Shown one piece after another: positions 43,437 through 58,926 of a DNA stretch of 64,000 bases. The DNA is from Octopus vulgaris (Eukaryota): positions 73,780,001 through 73,844,000 of the forward strand of contig OX597830.1 in the NCBI GenBank assembly GCA_951406725.2, read 5' to 3'. Numbering within the stretch: position 1 is the stretch's first letter; each line of letters begins with the position of its first letter. The notes under the pieces were generated by a model. The model made no database searches and was not told where the DNA came from. It saw only the letters and a list, made by a program, of their open reading frames with translations. The position numbers were made by a program, and so were the translations under genes.

Positions 43437-43924
43437 TATATACATATATGTATATATATATATGTATATATATATTTGTGTACTACTTTTTGTAATTGGT
43501 TTGCAAGTATACGTATGAATGTGTGCATAAGTTTCTGCCTGTATGTGTGCGCGCACGTGTAACACTAATTATAGTTTTTATTTGTGTTTATATGTTTGTA
43601 TGTGTATGTATATATGTATGTATACACACGCACACACACACACATATATGTATATATATATATATATATATATAGATAGATAGATACATACATACATACA
43701 TACATACATACATACATACACACACATACTTATATATATTTATCAAAATGATGTGTTATAACATTATTCCACATTTATAAAACAGCCATACCAACAATCC
43801 AACGTACCTCCATCATCGGCTGCCCCACGGATATCATTATCGTTCCATATACTTATATATATATATACATGTGATCAATGTTTAAATGTTTAAATGTATT
43901 TTGATTAACATTATTAATAATATC

Positions 43925-44430
<506 letters not shown>

Positions 44431-44431
44431 T

Positions 44432-44650
44432 TAAGCAGGTGTGGTGATAGAATCGTAAGCACGCCACACGAAATGCTTAGCGGCATTTCGTCCGTATTCA
44501 CGGTCTGAGTTCCAATTCCGCTGAGTTCGACTTTGGCTTTAGTCCTTTCGGGGTCGAGAAATTAAGTAACAGTAAAACACAGGGGTGGATTTAGTCGACT
44601 AGTCCCCTTCCCCAAAATTTCAGGTCTTATACCTAAAGTAGAAAGGATTA
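44432..44650 (+). mobile_element. SINE family B
   Basis: tagaatcgtaagcacgcc...gagttccaattccgctgagttcgactttg. Confidence 0.8.
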
Positions 44651-44820
44651 TTAGTATTATCATAAATATTAATATTAATATTGTAATTTAGTATCAATAT
44701 TTTAAAACTATTAATACTAATATTGGTGATCTGGCAGAATCGTTAGCATTAACACATTCCGTAAAGCAACTTCAAGATTTGTGTCAATGGCAGAAATTAT
44801 TATTATAACTAGAATATAAA

Positions 44821-45220
44821 GCGCAGGAGTGGCTGTGTGGTAAGTAGCTTGCTAACCAACCACATGGTTCCGGGTTCAGTCCCACTGCGTGACATCTTGG
44901 GCAGGTGTCTTCTGCTATAGCCTCGAGCCGACCAATGCCTTGTGAGTGGATTTTGTAGACGTATATATGTATATATATCTATATGTATGTATGTGTGTGT
45001 GTGTTTATGTGTCTGTGTTTGTCCCCCTAGCATTGCTTGACAGCCGATGCTGGTGTGTTTACGTCCCCGTCACCTAGCGGTTCGGCAAAAGAGACCGATA
45101 GAATAAGTACTGGGCTTACAAAGAATAAGTCTCGTGGTCGATTTGCTCCACTAAAGGCGGTGCTCCAGCATGGCCGCAGTCAAATGACTGAAACAAGTAA
45201 AAGAGTAAAAGAGAGAGTAA
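44821..45220 (+). mobile_element. SINE family A, full length, followed by a family B piece to ~45375
   Basis: A-box tggctgtgtgg, B-box ggttcagtccc, (gtaaaaga)n tail. Confidence 0.95.
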
Positions 45221-45607
45221 AGCGGCGAGCTGGTAGCGTAGTTGGCACAAGGGGCAAAATGTTTAGCGGCATTCGTCTGTCTTTACGGCCTCAGTACAAA
45301 TTTCGCCAAGCTTGACTTTGCCATTCATCCTTTCGGAGTGGATAAACTAAATACCAGTCGAGCAATGCAGTCGATGTCTAGTTATATATTTTATAAAAAT
45401 ATATATTATTTGTTATTTATGTTATGTTTTATGTCTATCACTCTTTGAGTTGCGTAATAGTGGCTTTATCTGGAATTTATATTTTATATATTTATATTGG
45501 GAAATTTGATTTATTACTAAATTGAATTTTTCCATGTAAGTTTGGAATTATACTCGCTAATACATACATACATACATATATACATACATAAATACGTACA
45601 TACATAC

Positions 45608-45641
<34 letters not shown>

Positions 45642-45841
45642 ATCTTATATATATGTATATTTTTGTATACATATATATATGTATAAATATATAAATATAA
45701 ATATATAAGGATATGCATGTATATATCTGTGTGCAAAAATAAATAAAGAGCATTAATACACGAGCGATATATGAATGCATGTATGTATATATTTAGATAC
45801 CTATGTATTTAAGTATGTATATGTGTATATATATATATATC

Positions 45842-45894
<53 letters not shown>

Positions 45895-45914
45895 ATCTAT
45901 CTATCTATCTATCT

Positions 45915-45976
<62 letters not shown>

Positions 45977-46051
45977 CCTTCAGAGCGAGTTGATTTATTG
46001 TTTCTAAATTAATACACCCTATTAATACATACCATCAAACAAAATTTCTTA

Positions 46052-46087
<36 letters not shown>

Positions 46088-46103
46088 GGTATGTATATTT
46101 ACC

Positions 46104-46169
<66 letters not shown>

Positions 46170-46491
46170 AATCTATATATATATATATATATATATGTGG
46201 GTGGGTGTTTATGTATATATACATATATATGAATAATATATTTTTGTATACGTAAATTATATTTCAATGCATATTTATCAGTTATATATATATCAATTTA
46301 TGTATATCTTTATATGTGTTTGTATATATATATGTGTGTTTGTGTGTGTGTGTGTGTAGGGAGATACACATACATATATATATGCGTGTATATTTCTTAT
46401 GGATGCATACGTCCATACGTACATGAAAACTTTCATATATGCAAACACACACACACAAATATACATAAACACACACACACTTGTTAAATAT

Positions 46492-47184
46492 TAAACATAT
46501 ACATATATTAAGATAAACTTCATTTCCAACACTGGAGCTATTCACTTATCCACACACCTTAATACATACTTATGTAGAAACTGTAAATTTATTATAATAT
46601 ACTATGAAATGAGACCAATGTATAAACTATACATTCATATATACATGCATATATACATACACACACATGTATATATATATATATATATATATATATGTAG
46701 GTATGTAGGTATGTATTTATATGTATAAATATGTCTACATATGTATATATATATATGTATGTATATCTATATGTCTATATGCGTATATATATATATATAT
46801 ATATACATATACATGTATATATATATGTGTGTGTATATATGTATATATAGATATATATATACATATATACACACACATATATATATATATACATGTATAT
46901 GTATGTATATATATATATATATATATATACTTGTATATATATAATTATATATATATATGCACATATATATATATTAACATGTATATATATACATGTATAT
47001 ATATATACATGTGTGTATGTATATATGCGTGTATATATGAATGTATAGTTTATACATTGGTCTCATTTCATAGTATATTATAATAAATTTACAGTTTCTA
47101 CATTAGTATGTATTAAGGTGTGTGGATAAGTGAATAGCTCCAGTGTGTGGAAATGAAGTTTATCTTAATATATGTATATGTTTA
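46492..47184. repeat. Near-perfect ~185-bp inverted repeat with microsatellite spacer
   Basis: 46492-46680 is the reverse complement of ~47000-47184 with very few differences. Confidence 0.95.
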
Positions 47185-47198
47185 TGATTGATTGATTC

Positions 47199-47230
<32 letters not shown>

Positions 47231-47244
47231 GATTCTAGTTTATA

Positions 47245-47294
<50 letters not shown>

Positions 47295-47779
47295 TACACC
47301 TGTGTTTATTTATATAAAATATGTAATTACCATTGGGTTATGTATCGTCGGTCTTCCTCATCGATGTGCATATAGTTATTTTGCTCCAGTGAAAATTTTC
47401 CATCAATTTAGCTGAATATTTTAGTGGATCAGGCGTATTCGGCTTTAATTCTGATCACATCTTTTGAAATTTCAGATCGTTCAAAGTGCCATTTTCTTTT
47501 ACATCACTGTCGTGACGTTACAGTCTCAAAAATCTCACTGGAAAAAAATTATGTTTGTTGTTCTTCTAACTATTCATGAACGAAATGCCATGCAATTCGT
47601 CGCCTGTATTGAGCAAGTATAGTTCATTTGCATAATTAAATAGAAAAATATATTTCCCACTGTCATTGCATTTCATAATTTAATGATATAGAATTCTGAA
47701 TGTACATATATAGACACACACATATGTGTATATACATCTACATACATACATACTTACATATAGATATATATACATGCAT

Positions 47780-47811
<32 letters not shown>

Positions 47812-48152
47812 GTACATATATATACATATACTTATACGTATGTGTGTCTTTATTTATGTATCATGCATGTATCTATATTCATATATATAAATATATTCAT
47901 GTATATCTGTATCTATATACACATATATGTATATATATATATATATACAAATATATATGTATGTATATATATAGAGAGAGAGAGAAAGAGAGAAAGACAG
48001 TCAGACTGACAGACAACCACTCAGACAGACAGATATATGTGTATGTATATATATGTATGTATGTAGGTATGTGTTTCTATGAGTTTATATTTTTTATATA
48101 TAAAGGATATATATATATGCACACATATACCTACCTAAATACATACAAACAC

Positions 48153-48184
<32 letters not shown>

Positions 48185-48262
48185 TCATAGATATTGCAGA
48201 TGTACATTTGTGTATACTTATATATATATATATATTATATATCTATGGAGCCTATGTATGTA

Positions 48263-48342
<80 letters not shown>

Positions 48343-48458
48343 ATATTTTTCGTTTTATATATCTAATTGTTTGTGTTAAAAATATAATATATACATACAT
48401 TTACGTATATATGTGTGTCTGTGTATGTGTGTATGTGTGTATGAGTGTATACATACAC

Positions 48459-48507
<49 letters not shown>

Positions 48508-48724
48508 TGTTTGTTTGCCTTATATTGTTTCAGTCATTGGATAGCAACTATTCGTGTATGTAAATACACACACACACACATACACATACATGCTCACGCA
48601 CACATTCATATATGCACATATACATATTTCAATATATTTACGAATACATATCTATATAAATGTATCTGTCTATATATATGTTTGTATATATATAAATGTA
48701 TGTATGTATATGTATATATATACA

Positions 48725-48813
<89 letters not shown>

Positions 48814-48884
48814 CAAAATATTCACTACATCATACATACTTACATACATACATGCAATAATACGTACATACATACATACATACA

Positions 48885-48918
<34 letters not shown>

Positions 48919-49160
48919 CATACATATATACAGATATACTCATGTCGCTTTGTTAGCCTCAGACAAATACTTTCTCATGAATTTAAGTATACCCAAAGAA
49001 ATTCATGCATACCTACACACACACACACACACACACCCACAGAAGCACATATGTATATATGTACGTGTGTGTGCGTGAGTGTGCGTATATATATGTGTTT
49101 ATGTGAGAGAGCGCGCGTCCATGCACAAAAATGTCTGTATGCATAAACACACACACACAC

Positions 49161-49275
<115 letters not shown>

Positions 49276-49333
49276 ATATATATATAACGCTGCCGTAATC
49301 TCCTTTAGAGAGACTTAGTAATTTTAATATTTC

Positions 49334-49377
<44 letters not shown>

Positions 49378-49533
49378 TTTATGTATTACATATAAATATA
49401 TATGTATGTATCTTGTATTCACCATATTGCTAATAACGTTAACACTTACTGTTACTATAAATTATTTTAATGCGAACAATAAAATGCTCATTCTTATGAA
49501 AGTAAATATGACAATAATACGTTAGTTATTTTA

Positions 49534-49671
<138 letters not shown>

Positions 49672-49675
49672 TATA

Positions 49676-49777
<102 letters not shown>

Positions 49778-49973
49778 TATATCTAAACCTCAGCAACTCA
49801 CGCACACATACACACATAATCATTCGCTCGCATACACACACACGCACACACGCACGCATATGTGCACACGCATATAATTATATACGTGTGTGTATGTATA
49901 TATATACACACACATATATATATATATCATATATATATATATATATAAATATATATATGTCTCTCTCTATATA

Positions 49974-50058
<85 letters not shown>

Positions 50059-50499
50059 GTTTGTGTGTGTATATATACATATATATATACACACACAGTT
50101 ATACATATATACATATGCCATATATAAAAGGCTATGTACGACTTTTACCAGTTGCGGACATATTTACACTAATATCACATTTGACTTCTATGCAGAAACT
50201 TTATTTCGGTTGCTTTTGATATTTCTTCTCAACTGTTGACTTATTTATCACATTTTTATAACGAGTGTTCCATTAGAAAACCTGGATCTCACATTTAGCA
50301 TGCAGTTGTTACGTCGGCATTTATTTCATCTAACAGAAATTTTTGAAATACTGCGTACGCAAATTTGTATATATAATTATATACACATGCATACATTCAA
50401 CATACACACACATAGTTGCACACGTATATATGTAGACATATATATATATGTATATGTGCATGCATATACTTGTATACTATCTATCTATTTATCTATCCA

Positions 50500-50544
<45 letters not shown>

Positions 50545-50873
50545 CATGTGTATCAATAATGTGTGTGCATAATGCAAGTGCGTGTATTTCTATATGTTTA
50601 TATGTGTATATGTATTTATGTATGCATGTTTATATGTATTTCTAATATATATACAAAGTAAATATAATACACATGCACACACACGCACACAAACACACAC
50701 TTATATAGATAGATAGATACATACATACATACATAGATTGGTAGATACCTATGTATATATAATTATATACGCTTTCATACGTTGAACACATACACACTCA
50801 GACACGTATATATGTATACATATGAATATATATATATATATGTATGCATATACTACATATGTCTATACATATA

Positions 50874-50938
<65 letters not shown>

Positions 50939-51051
50939 ATATGTATATGTATATCTGTATTATGTAGGTATATTTATATTGATAGAAATGGTAAGACAGC
51001 AAAATGAAAGGGACCTCGATATTATGTAATTAGAAGAATTTATCTTTAAAT

Positions 51052-51144
51052 ATATGTGACAATTATTCGGTAGCCATGATAAAACTCCGACCCGACATCC
51101 GAAACTCGGAGTTTTATCATGGCTATCGAACAATTGTCACATAT
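51052..51144. repeat. 39-bp hairpin with 15-nt loop
   Basis: atatgtgacaattattcggtagccatgataaaactccga / tcggagttttatcatggctatcgaacaattgtcacatat; two non-Watson-Crick positions. Confidence 0.95.
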
Positions 51145-51200
<56 letters not shown>

Positions 51201-51306
51201 CAATATTTATGATATATATGTATACATAACGTTGTGTTGTAAGCATTATTTTTGTACCGCATAATATATATATTTTGTGCATATAGAAATATACAATATT
51301 TATGAC

Positions 51307-51337
<31 letters not shown>

Positions 51338-52012
51338 ATATATATATAGTATATACATATATATATATATATAATATATATATATATATATAATATATAC
51401 ATGTGTGTGTATATAAAATATGTACAATATATATTTTATATAAATGCATTTTACGTGGGTGTAACTATATTGCATTTGTGTATAAATTCTGTTTAAATAT
51501 GTATATTACATATACACACATATATGTACCTGCATATATATATGCAGACCTGCATGTACATAGTAAATGTATAATCGACGTACACATATATATACGCATT
51601 ACATATATGCATGCACACATATATACACGCTTTAATGGAAATATCATATAACTACAACTGTCTCCAGTTTTCAAAACTTGTTTCATTGCTGTTTTAGTTT
51701 AGAGACATGCTTTGAAGCCGCGATATCCACGCCCAGTAAATTATTTAAAAATTTAATCAGCCATATTTTTTCCTTTTTTAATTCTGTCTCTGCTTGTCTT
51801 TCTCTCTTTCTCTTCTCTCTCTCTGTCTGTCTTTCGCACCCTCGTCCCCTCTCTCTCTCTGTCTTTTAAGAATGCATATTGTCAGTAATGAATTCCAGTT
51901 ACGAATATTTTCCTTTAGAGTTTGCTAAATGTTTCTAATGGACAAATGTAAATGAATGCATTATAAATCAACCACCAGTATTTCTACTGATACTGCAACG
52001 AAAGCCAAACAA

Positions 52013-52086
<74 letters not shown>

Positions 52087-52223
52087 GCAACAATAATATG
52101 CTTGATGTGATATTTCAACAACGATAAAAGTTACTATAACAATCCAGATAACGTAATTATTCACATAAATATATGTATTTATGCATATGTGTATATATAT
52201 TTGTGTATGCGTGTGTCTGTGTG

Positions 52224-52403
<180 letters not shown>

Positions 52404-52534
52404 ATATGCGTATATACATTCAAACGTTCATACATATATTCATATGTTCATCATAGAAATACACGTGTATATATCTTAGTGTCTATCTACCTCTCTATCT
52501 ATCTTTCTATCTATCTATCTTTCTATCTATCTAA

Positions 52535-52589
<55 letters not shown>

Positions 52590-53335
52590 ATTATCTATGT
52601 ATCTATCTATCCATCTATCCATATCTGCCTCTCTGTCCCTATATTCTGTTGGTCTATTTATTTGTGTGTGTGTGTTTGAGAGAGAGAGAGTGTGTGTGTG
52701 CGTGTGTGTGTGTATGGGTGTTTATGTATATCGTAGATCAATCTTCCTAAAGCAGAACAGTACACAAACACCATCATCCCCACACATACATACATATACT
52801 GCAAAGCAAACTAAGCTACAATTATAACATTCAATTTATGAATGAAGACTAAACAAAGTAACAAATAAAAACAAACAAACACATCTTCGTACAATACATA
52901 AAAGAAACATCACCTAAATATCCCATTCCTACCCATATACCTTCATAAAATAAATTATAACAAAACCATTAGTACATGAATACACAGACAAACACGATAT
53001 ATAAATACATATATATATATATATATATATATATGTTAACGCTTCAGTGCGCATTATTAATTGTAATGAATGACTAATAAAAAAATAAAAACAAGGTGAT
53101 ACAGGATAAAAAAAAAAGAAAAAGTAGTCAATCCAGAGGGATTATATCGTTTTTTATTTATTAATTTATTGTTTACTGAGGAGGTAATTTATAAAGTGAA
53201 ACCTTTCACTATGGTCATTCTGGAGCACCGCCTTTGAAAGGGGTTTAGTTGATTATATCTAATTGCCAGTATGTTGATTATTTTGTTTGTTTGATTTGTG
53301 TTTATTGGTTTGTTTGTTTTACGCTTGTCTTTGTT

Positions 53336-53398
<63 letters not shown>

Positions 53399-53689
53399 GC
53401 TAGTTAATGTTAATGATGGTAGGACATAAAGGAATGCAAGTTGACCCGCTGGTTTACACTGCTAACGATATATACAAATACTCATACATACATCTGAATA
53501 TATATATATGCTTGTGAGTCTGGATGTATATATTCAAATATACATATACATATATATAGATATATATATACATAAATGCATATGTATATGTATATATATG
53601 CCCCAGCATGGCCACAGCTCATAAGCTGGAACTAGAATCAATCAATCAATCAATCATATGTGTATATATGACTAGTTCAAATTTAATGA

Positions 53690-53830
53690 AAGCAAAAGAC
53701 GAAGAAAGGGGAAGGAACAACCAGTAGGTGTATTAGTTTAATGCTCGAAAGGAATGTAAAAGTATTTGACGTTTCGAACCTGCGCTCTTCATCGGAAGGA
53801 TGATGAGAGAAAACAACGGTAGAGGAGATC
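53690..53830 (-). mobile_element. Diverged copy of the 13290-13799 repeat with a hammerhead-like motif (53765-53799, core CCGAUGA)
   Basis: gcaaaagacgaaga...tgtattagt.taa.gctc..ggaat..aaaagt.ttt.acgtttcga matches the reverse complement of 13398-13480; motif UU-CCGAUGA-A-GAGC(GCAG)GUUC-GAAA-C-GUC-AA. Confidence 0.7.
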
Positions 53831-55154
53831 TAAAAAGAACGAATGTGTGTGTGTGTGCGTTATAACATAGTATACACAATATACTTTAGCATAATACAAA
53901 TATATATATATTTGCGCATAATATATATATACATGTATGTATATATATCAGTGTTTGGTTGTGTGCAGAATAGTATATTGGTGATAATATTAAAGTTAAT
54001 TTGAAGAAATGGAAGAATTGTTCTTAAGTAAGCTTATATACATTTACAGAAAGTTTTCAGATTTGCGAGGGAAATGAAATAGAATGAAATAAAAAAAAAG
54101 AAGTCATTTTTACTGCCACGGCGGAATTATCAATTAAATAAACAACAATAGGTGTCAACTGCTATTTTATTTGATTGACTCTCCGGAGGAATGGTAGGTA
54201 AAATTTTCTTCGTTGCTATTTGAACCAAGAAGGTAAATGGCTGTAATATAATGCACTTTTTTCTTTATGTTCTAAACGATTCAGCTAACCCACCGCTCCG
54301 CTGAATTCTCGTATCGACTACCTCTATACAATATATAAACGTAAGTTTCTTATACTGGTGAGTGGAAGAGTGAAAGACCTGTGTTAATAGGTGATGAACA
54401 GGGTAAATCATTTAATGATCCATCGATAATTATCGATAGAAGATCATTTCCTTTCTGAATAGATCGGTGTATATTTAAGCAGGTACTTTAAAAATATTTA
54501 CTTAGAAAGTATTCTTTTGTAAACAACGAAATAATTAATTAGTGAAGCACCTAGCATCCGCCACCGCCACCATGATCATAGCCGTCGCCGCCATTCGCCA
54601 CCAACACGAGCAAAACTTCCTCCACCTGCCATCATCACGTAGAAAACCGCCACCACTCGCCATCATCACGACCAAAACCACCACCACCACCACCACCACC
54701 ACAGCTGTCAATACCACCTTCACCGCCGCCACCAACGCCCTCACCCCCGGCGCCTCCGGCGCCGCTGCTGCTGCCAAACAGTTTTTTTCCTCTTTCACAT
54801 TATTTGTAATTTCATTCATTTATCTCTTGATTGATGTTTCTACACTAAACCGACGATTAATTAAGAACTACATCCGTTCACTAAGATCGATAAGGTGTAT
54901 CGATGTTACCGATTCATCACGGTCTACAAGGCAGTGATTTTCTATTACATGTTAACAATTCTCATTTGGTGTTGTTCAATAAATGCGGTATCGATTTTAT
55001 CCGTAGAAGAGATTTCATTCTAATACACCGTTACTCCACAATAATAAGGACTTCAGTTTACCGCTTCTTTTGGCCCTGGGCCAGTTCTGATTGATCGAGT
55101 AAAACCTACTGTGAAAGTTCATTTTTTGCTGTGACCATCTGGCATTTTCGTATA

Positions 55155-55365
55155 CCTATTTCTTTACTACCCACAAGGGGCTAAACACAGAGGGGACAAA
55201 CAAGGATATACAAACGGATTAAGTCGATTATATCGACCCCAGTGCGTAACTGGTACTTAATTTATCGACCCCGAAAGGATGAAAGGCAAAGTCGACCTCG
55301 GCGGAATTTGAACCCAGAACGTAACGGCAAACGAAATACGGCTACGAATTTCGCCCGACGTGCTA
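55155..55365 (-). mobile_element. SINE family B
   Basis: Close to window consensus. Confidence 0.9.
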
Positions 55366-55850
55366 CCACCGGTGGTATATTTTCGTATACCACCGTCTAC
55401 TTCGTCTTAGTTATGTCTATAGTTTGTGATTTGAACGTCATTTGGTTGCTGTTTCTTGTACAAAGAGTGACTCCGTAGTAACTTCCTTTTCTTTTTTGCG
55501 CTTTTGACATTTGTAATCATTTCGTTATTTTTATTTAATTATTTTAATACAACATTACATACAAAAATAAGCACTGATCAGTTAATTATGCCACGTGGAA
55601 AAAGACGAGGATAATCGTGGTCGTTAAATTGATTACTATTGTTTTGATAGCTCCAAGTTCAGAAGTTAGGTTAAATATATATACATGCATAAATGCATAA
55701 GTACCAAGAATTCCCATTCTACAAATTGCAAACAATTCCGTAAATACTTTACCGGGCAACGCTGGATAGTAAGTCTAGTATATATATATATATATATATA
55801 TATTATATTAAGTTAGAGATAAAAACCATTATAGTATAAATATTTATTAT

Positions 55851-55887
<37 letters not shown>

Positions 55888-55893
<6 letters not shown>

Positions 55894-56773
55894 GATTGAA
55901 ATGTAACTCCCTATTTTAAAATACTTATAATTCGTTTATTAACTATAATTTTTAGAAAAATGAATGTGAAGAAATGGTATAGTATGGAGTTTTATTTCAA
56001 ATTCGATACAAGCCCCTGCAGTTGCACCCAGCTTCTCAAGCCACCCGGGAACCGCATCAACTGTTTTCATCGGGAACTTTTGTGGGATAGAAGACATAAC
56101 TTCTCGTATTCGCCCTTCAAGTTCTTCCAAAGTCGTTGGTTTGGTAGACTTGCTCCTTTAACCAACCCCAAAGAAAAAAATCAACAGGGTGTTCAATCAG
56201 AGCTTCCGGCCGGCCAATCATGTGGACCTCGACGACCCAGCAATCTCCCAAGGAAGTTGGCATTTAGCCATTCATGAACAACAATAGCAAAATGTGGAGG
56301 AGCGTCATCTTGCATAAAAATGAAATCTTCAATATTCTCACAAGTATTGATAGCTCGCTAAATTCCATCTTGCAGCATGGTGAGGCACTTTTCAGCATTC
56401 ATGGTATTGCAAAGGTTGAAAGGACCTACAATCCGGTCCGGAAACATTCCACACCATTTCACACCTTGGGCCGATTCTTCATTTTTTTAGAAGTAATACG
56501 AGTATCTTCTCCTGCCCATTATTGGCAGTCGTGACGGTTCACAAACCCACCGATTTTTTGAAAGAGATCAGACCATGTTTCTAGGGTTTCTAAATTTCAA
56601 ACAAAATAATCGATCTGAAAAAGAAAGAAACATAGTATTCATTCCCATACATTAAAGAACATACACAACAAATTAAAAAAACTATAGAAGATAAATAAAT
56701 ATTTGAAAAAAAAAATTATAGAGGATAAATAAATAAGTATTTGAACACAGGGAGTTACTTTTCAATCACCCTG
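55888..56773 (-). mobile_element. Internally deleted Tc1/mariner transposon, DD41D (rosa-type), ~40-bp TIRs, TA-flanked
   Basis: TIRs (t/c)agggtgattgaaa(t/a)gtaactccct..ttt/caaatactta. Minus strand FMQDDAPPHF...LGRRGPHDWPAGSSD*TPC[D]FFLWGW gives 41 residues between the 2nd and 3rd Asp after one frameshift. Confidence 0.9.
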
Positions 56774-56948
56774 TAAATGTGTGTGTCTCCATATCTAGTA
56801 ACGGTTATATCTAATCCTTTTCCTGCTATATTGTCTATTTGTTATTGATCTTCGATAATAATGAAGTTGTATATCTTACGTTGCTGTTTTTGTATACAAT
56901 ATTGAGCGGAAATCATACGAAACAGACGTTATTTTAACGAGATACATC

Positions 56949-57058
56949 TTGTAATCATCTGAAGAGACACATCTACACCGACAGATAAATCTAAACCAAA
57001 TGTTCAATATTCCATCCGTGATTGGTGCTAGACGGATGGAAACAATTGTAGTGATCAA
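56949..57058 (+). ncRNA. Decayed type I hammerhead-like motif with long stem II
   Basis: UUG-ua-AUCAU-CUGAAGA...GAAA-CAAUUG-UA-GUGAU-CAA: good stem I and palindromic stem III; base of stem II imperfect. Confidence 0.5.
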
Positions 57059-57172
57059 CAAAATTTCTCGTATCTTCCATCTTCCGTCTGTCTCATAAAT
57101 CAAATATATATTTATGTATACACACACACGTGTGTGTGTGTGTGTAAGCGACTAGATTATTATATTATATTT

Positions 57173-57450
57173 GGCTCTCGATCACAACGTCGTGAGTTCA
57201 ATGTTTGGTGGCGTGTTATATCCTTGGGCAAGACACTTTATTTCACGTTGCACCAGTCTACTCAGCTGGCGAAAATGACTAGTACCTATATTTCAAAGGG
57301 TCAGTCTTATAATATCTTGTGTCACTCTGAATCTCCTAAGATTACGCGTGTCTGTGGAGTGCTCAGCCACTTGCACGTTAATTTCACAAGTAGGCTGTTC
57401 CATTGATCGGGTCAAATTGAAGTGGCGTCGTCGTAACCGACGAAGTGCCA
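57173..57450 (+). mobile_element. tRNA-headed SINE (like 12103-12410)
   Basis: gagttcaat..ccttgggcaagacactttatttcacgttgc...cgtaaccgacgaagtgcc. Confidence 0.8.
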
Positions 57451-57630
57451 CTTTATCAATTATATCTGTAAGTCTGACTTCCTATTTGTCGTTCTTTCTG
57501 TCCTGCTTGGCGCTCGGTCCATAATTCTTAAATGCTTGCCAAGCCGTCGTTCGCTGCCACCTGCTTCTTCCACTAAAGTCTCCATTCTTCTCTTCTCTTT
57601 GTCACTCACTCTCCCTCTTTCTCCCGCCAC

Positions 57631-57669
<39 letters not shown>

Positions 57670-58017
57670 GTCTGTCTCTCTATCTCTTATTCACACGTGG
57701 TCTCTTTCAACCAAACAACTATGTAAACAAATAAAAACAAACAATTTACATAAACAAAATGAACAGCATTATTCGCATTTCTCGCGCTATTCTCTTATAT
57801 TTCATTCCTACGAAAGCCTTCCACACTACTTTCTCTTCCCCCCCCCCCCACCCTACATATTACGTCTGTCCTTTTTAGAGATGCTCTATGCTCCTCAGAC
57901 GTTTAAGCCTCCAGAAATACATACTTCTCTTCACTTGTGTATGCACACACACACACACACATATATACACACACACGCACAAACACAAACACACACACGT
58001 GTATGTATAGATATATG

Positions 58018-58049
<32 letters not shown>

Positions 58050-58083
58050 TGTATGTATGTATGTATGTATGTATGTATGTATG

Positions 58084-58853
58084 TAGGGTGCAGTGAATAA
58101 ACTGCTGTCTAAATTACGCGGAAATGAAAATAGCATTGACATTTCATCTTAACAGATATATATACCAAAATTACATAAAAATACCTTGAAATACTGAAGA
58201 GTAATTTTATTCAATAAAATCGCCATTGGCTTCAACCACGGCCTCCAGACTACTTCGAAATCTCCAGCAAGTCTTCTGGATGGTCTCCTTGTTTTGGTTG
58301 GTGAATGCTGCCATAATCCTTGCCTTCAGTTCATCTTTGGTGTTACAAGAGGGCTGCAGTCTGGGGTGTTCAGATGTTAGGGGTGATACAGTTGCCAAAA
58401 TTTTCTGACAGCCATGACTTGGTACTCCTACTTGTGTGGCATGGTGCTGAGTCCTGTTGCCAGATATAGTGTCTTCCAGCAGCCACCCTCTAGACCCAGG
58501 ACAACACTACCTCCTCCAGGTACATGATGTAGACCTCGCGGAAAGATGAATGGAGGCATAACGTTGCTATCACTAGTGATCACTCCATACACTATGATAT
58601 TGACTGGATGTTTGATTTTTATCACTCATGGTACATGTACTCAGACTGGCACCAAAATGCTCTGAAATGTTCGTACTGGAGCTTCCGGTATCGTTTCCAA
58701 ATTTGTGGCAGATTGATTTGTGTTATAGTGCTGTTTTTCTCACACATGATGCCCAACTAACCTTAGTGTACTCTGTAGTCCACACAATCAAAAGCAAACA
58801 ATGCGCATGCGCAAAATTAAACAATAAAATGGCAACAATTTAGCCATCGCACA

Positions 58854-58857
<4 letters not shown>
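58084..58857 (-). mobile_element. Decayed Tc1/mariner (maT/DD37D-like) transposon with degenerate ~28-bp TIRs
   Basis: Peptides KHPVNIIVYGVITSDSNVMPPFIF and TKDELKARIMAAF...FRSSLEAVVEANGDFIE; ends tagggtgcagtgaataaactgctgtc vs reverse complement cagtgtgcgatggctaaattgttgcc. Confidence 0.85.
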
Positions 58858-58897
<40 letters not shown>

Positions 58898-58926
58898 TTA
58901 AAACCTTAAATCCTGAATGAGCTACA

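Noticed and set aside
53178-53210. CTGAGGA...GAAAC
   Set aside because: No credible stem I or stem II; likely chance.
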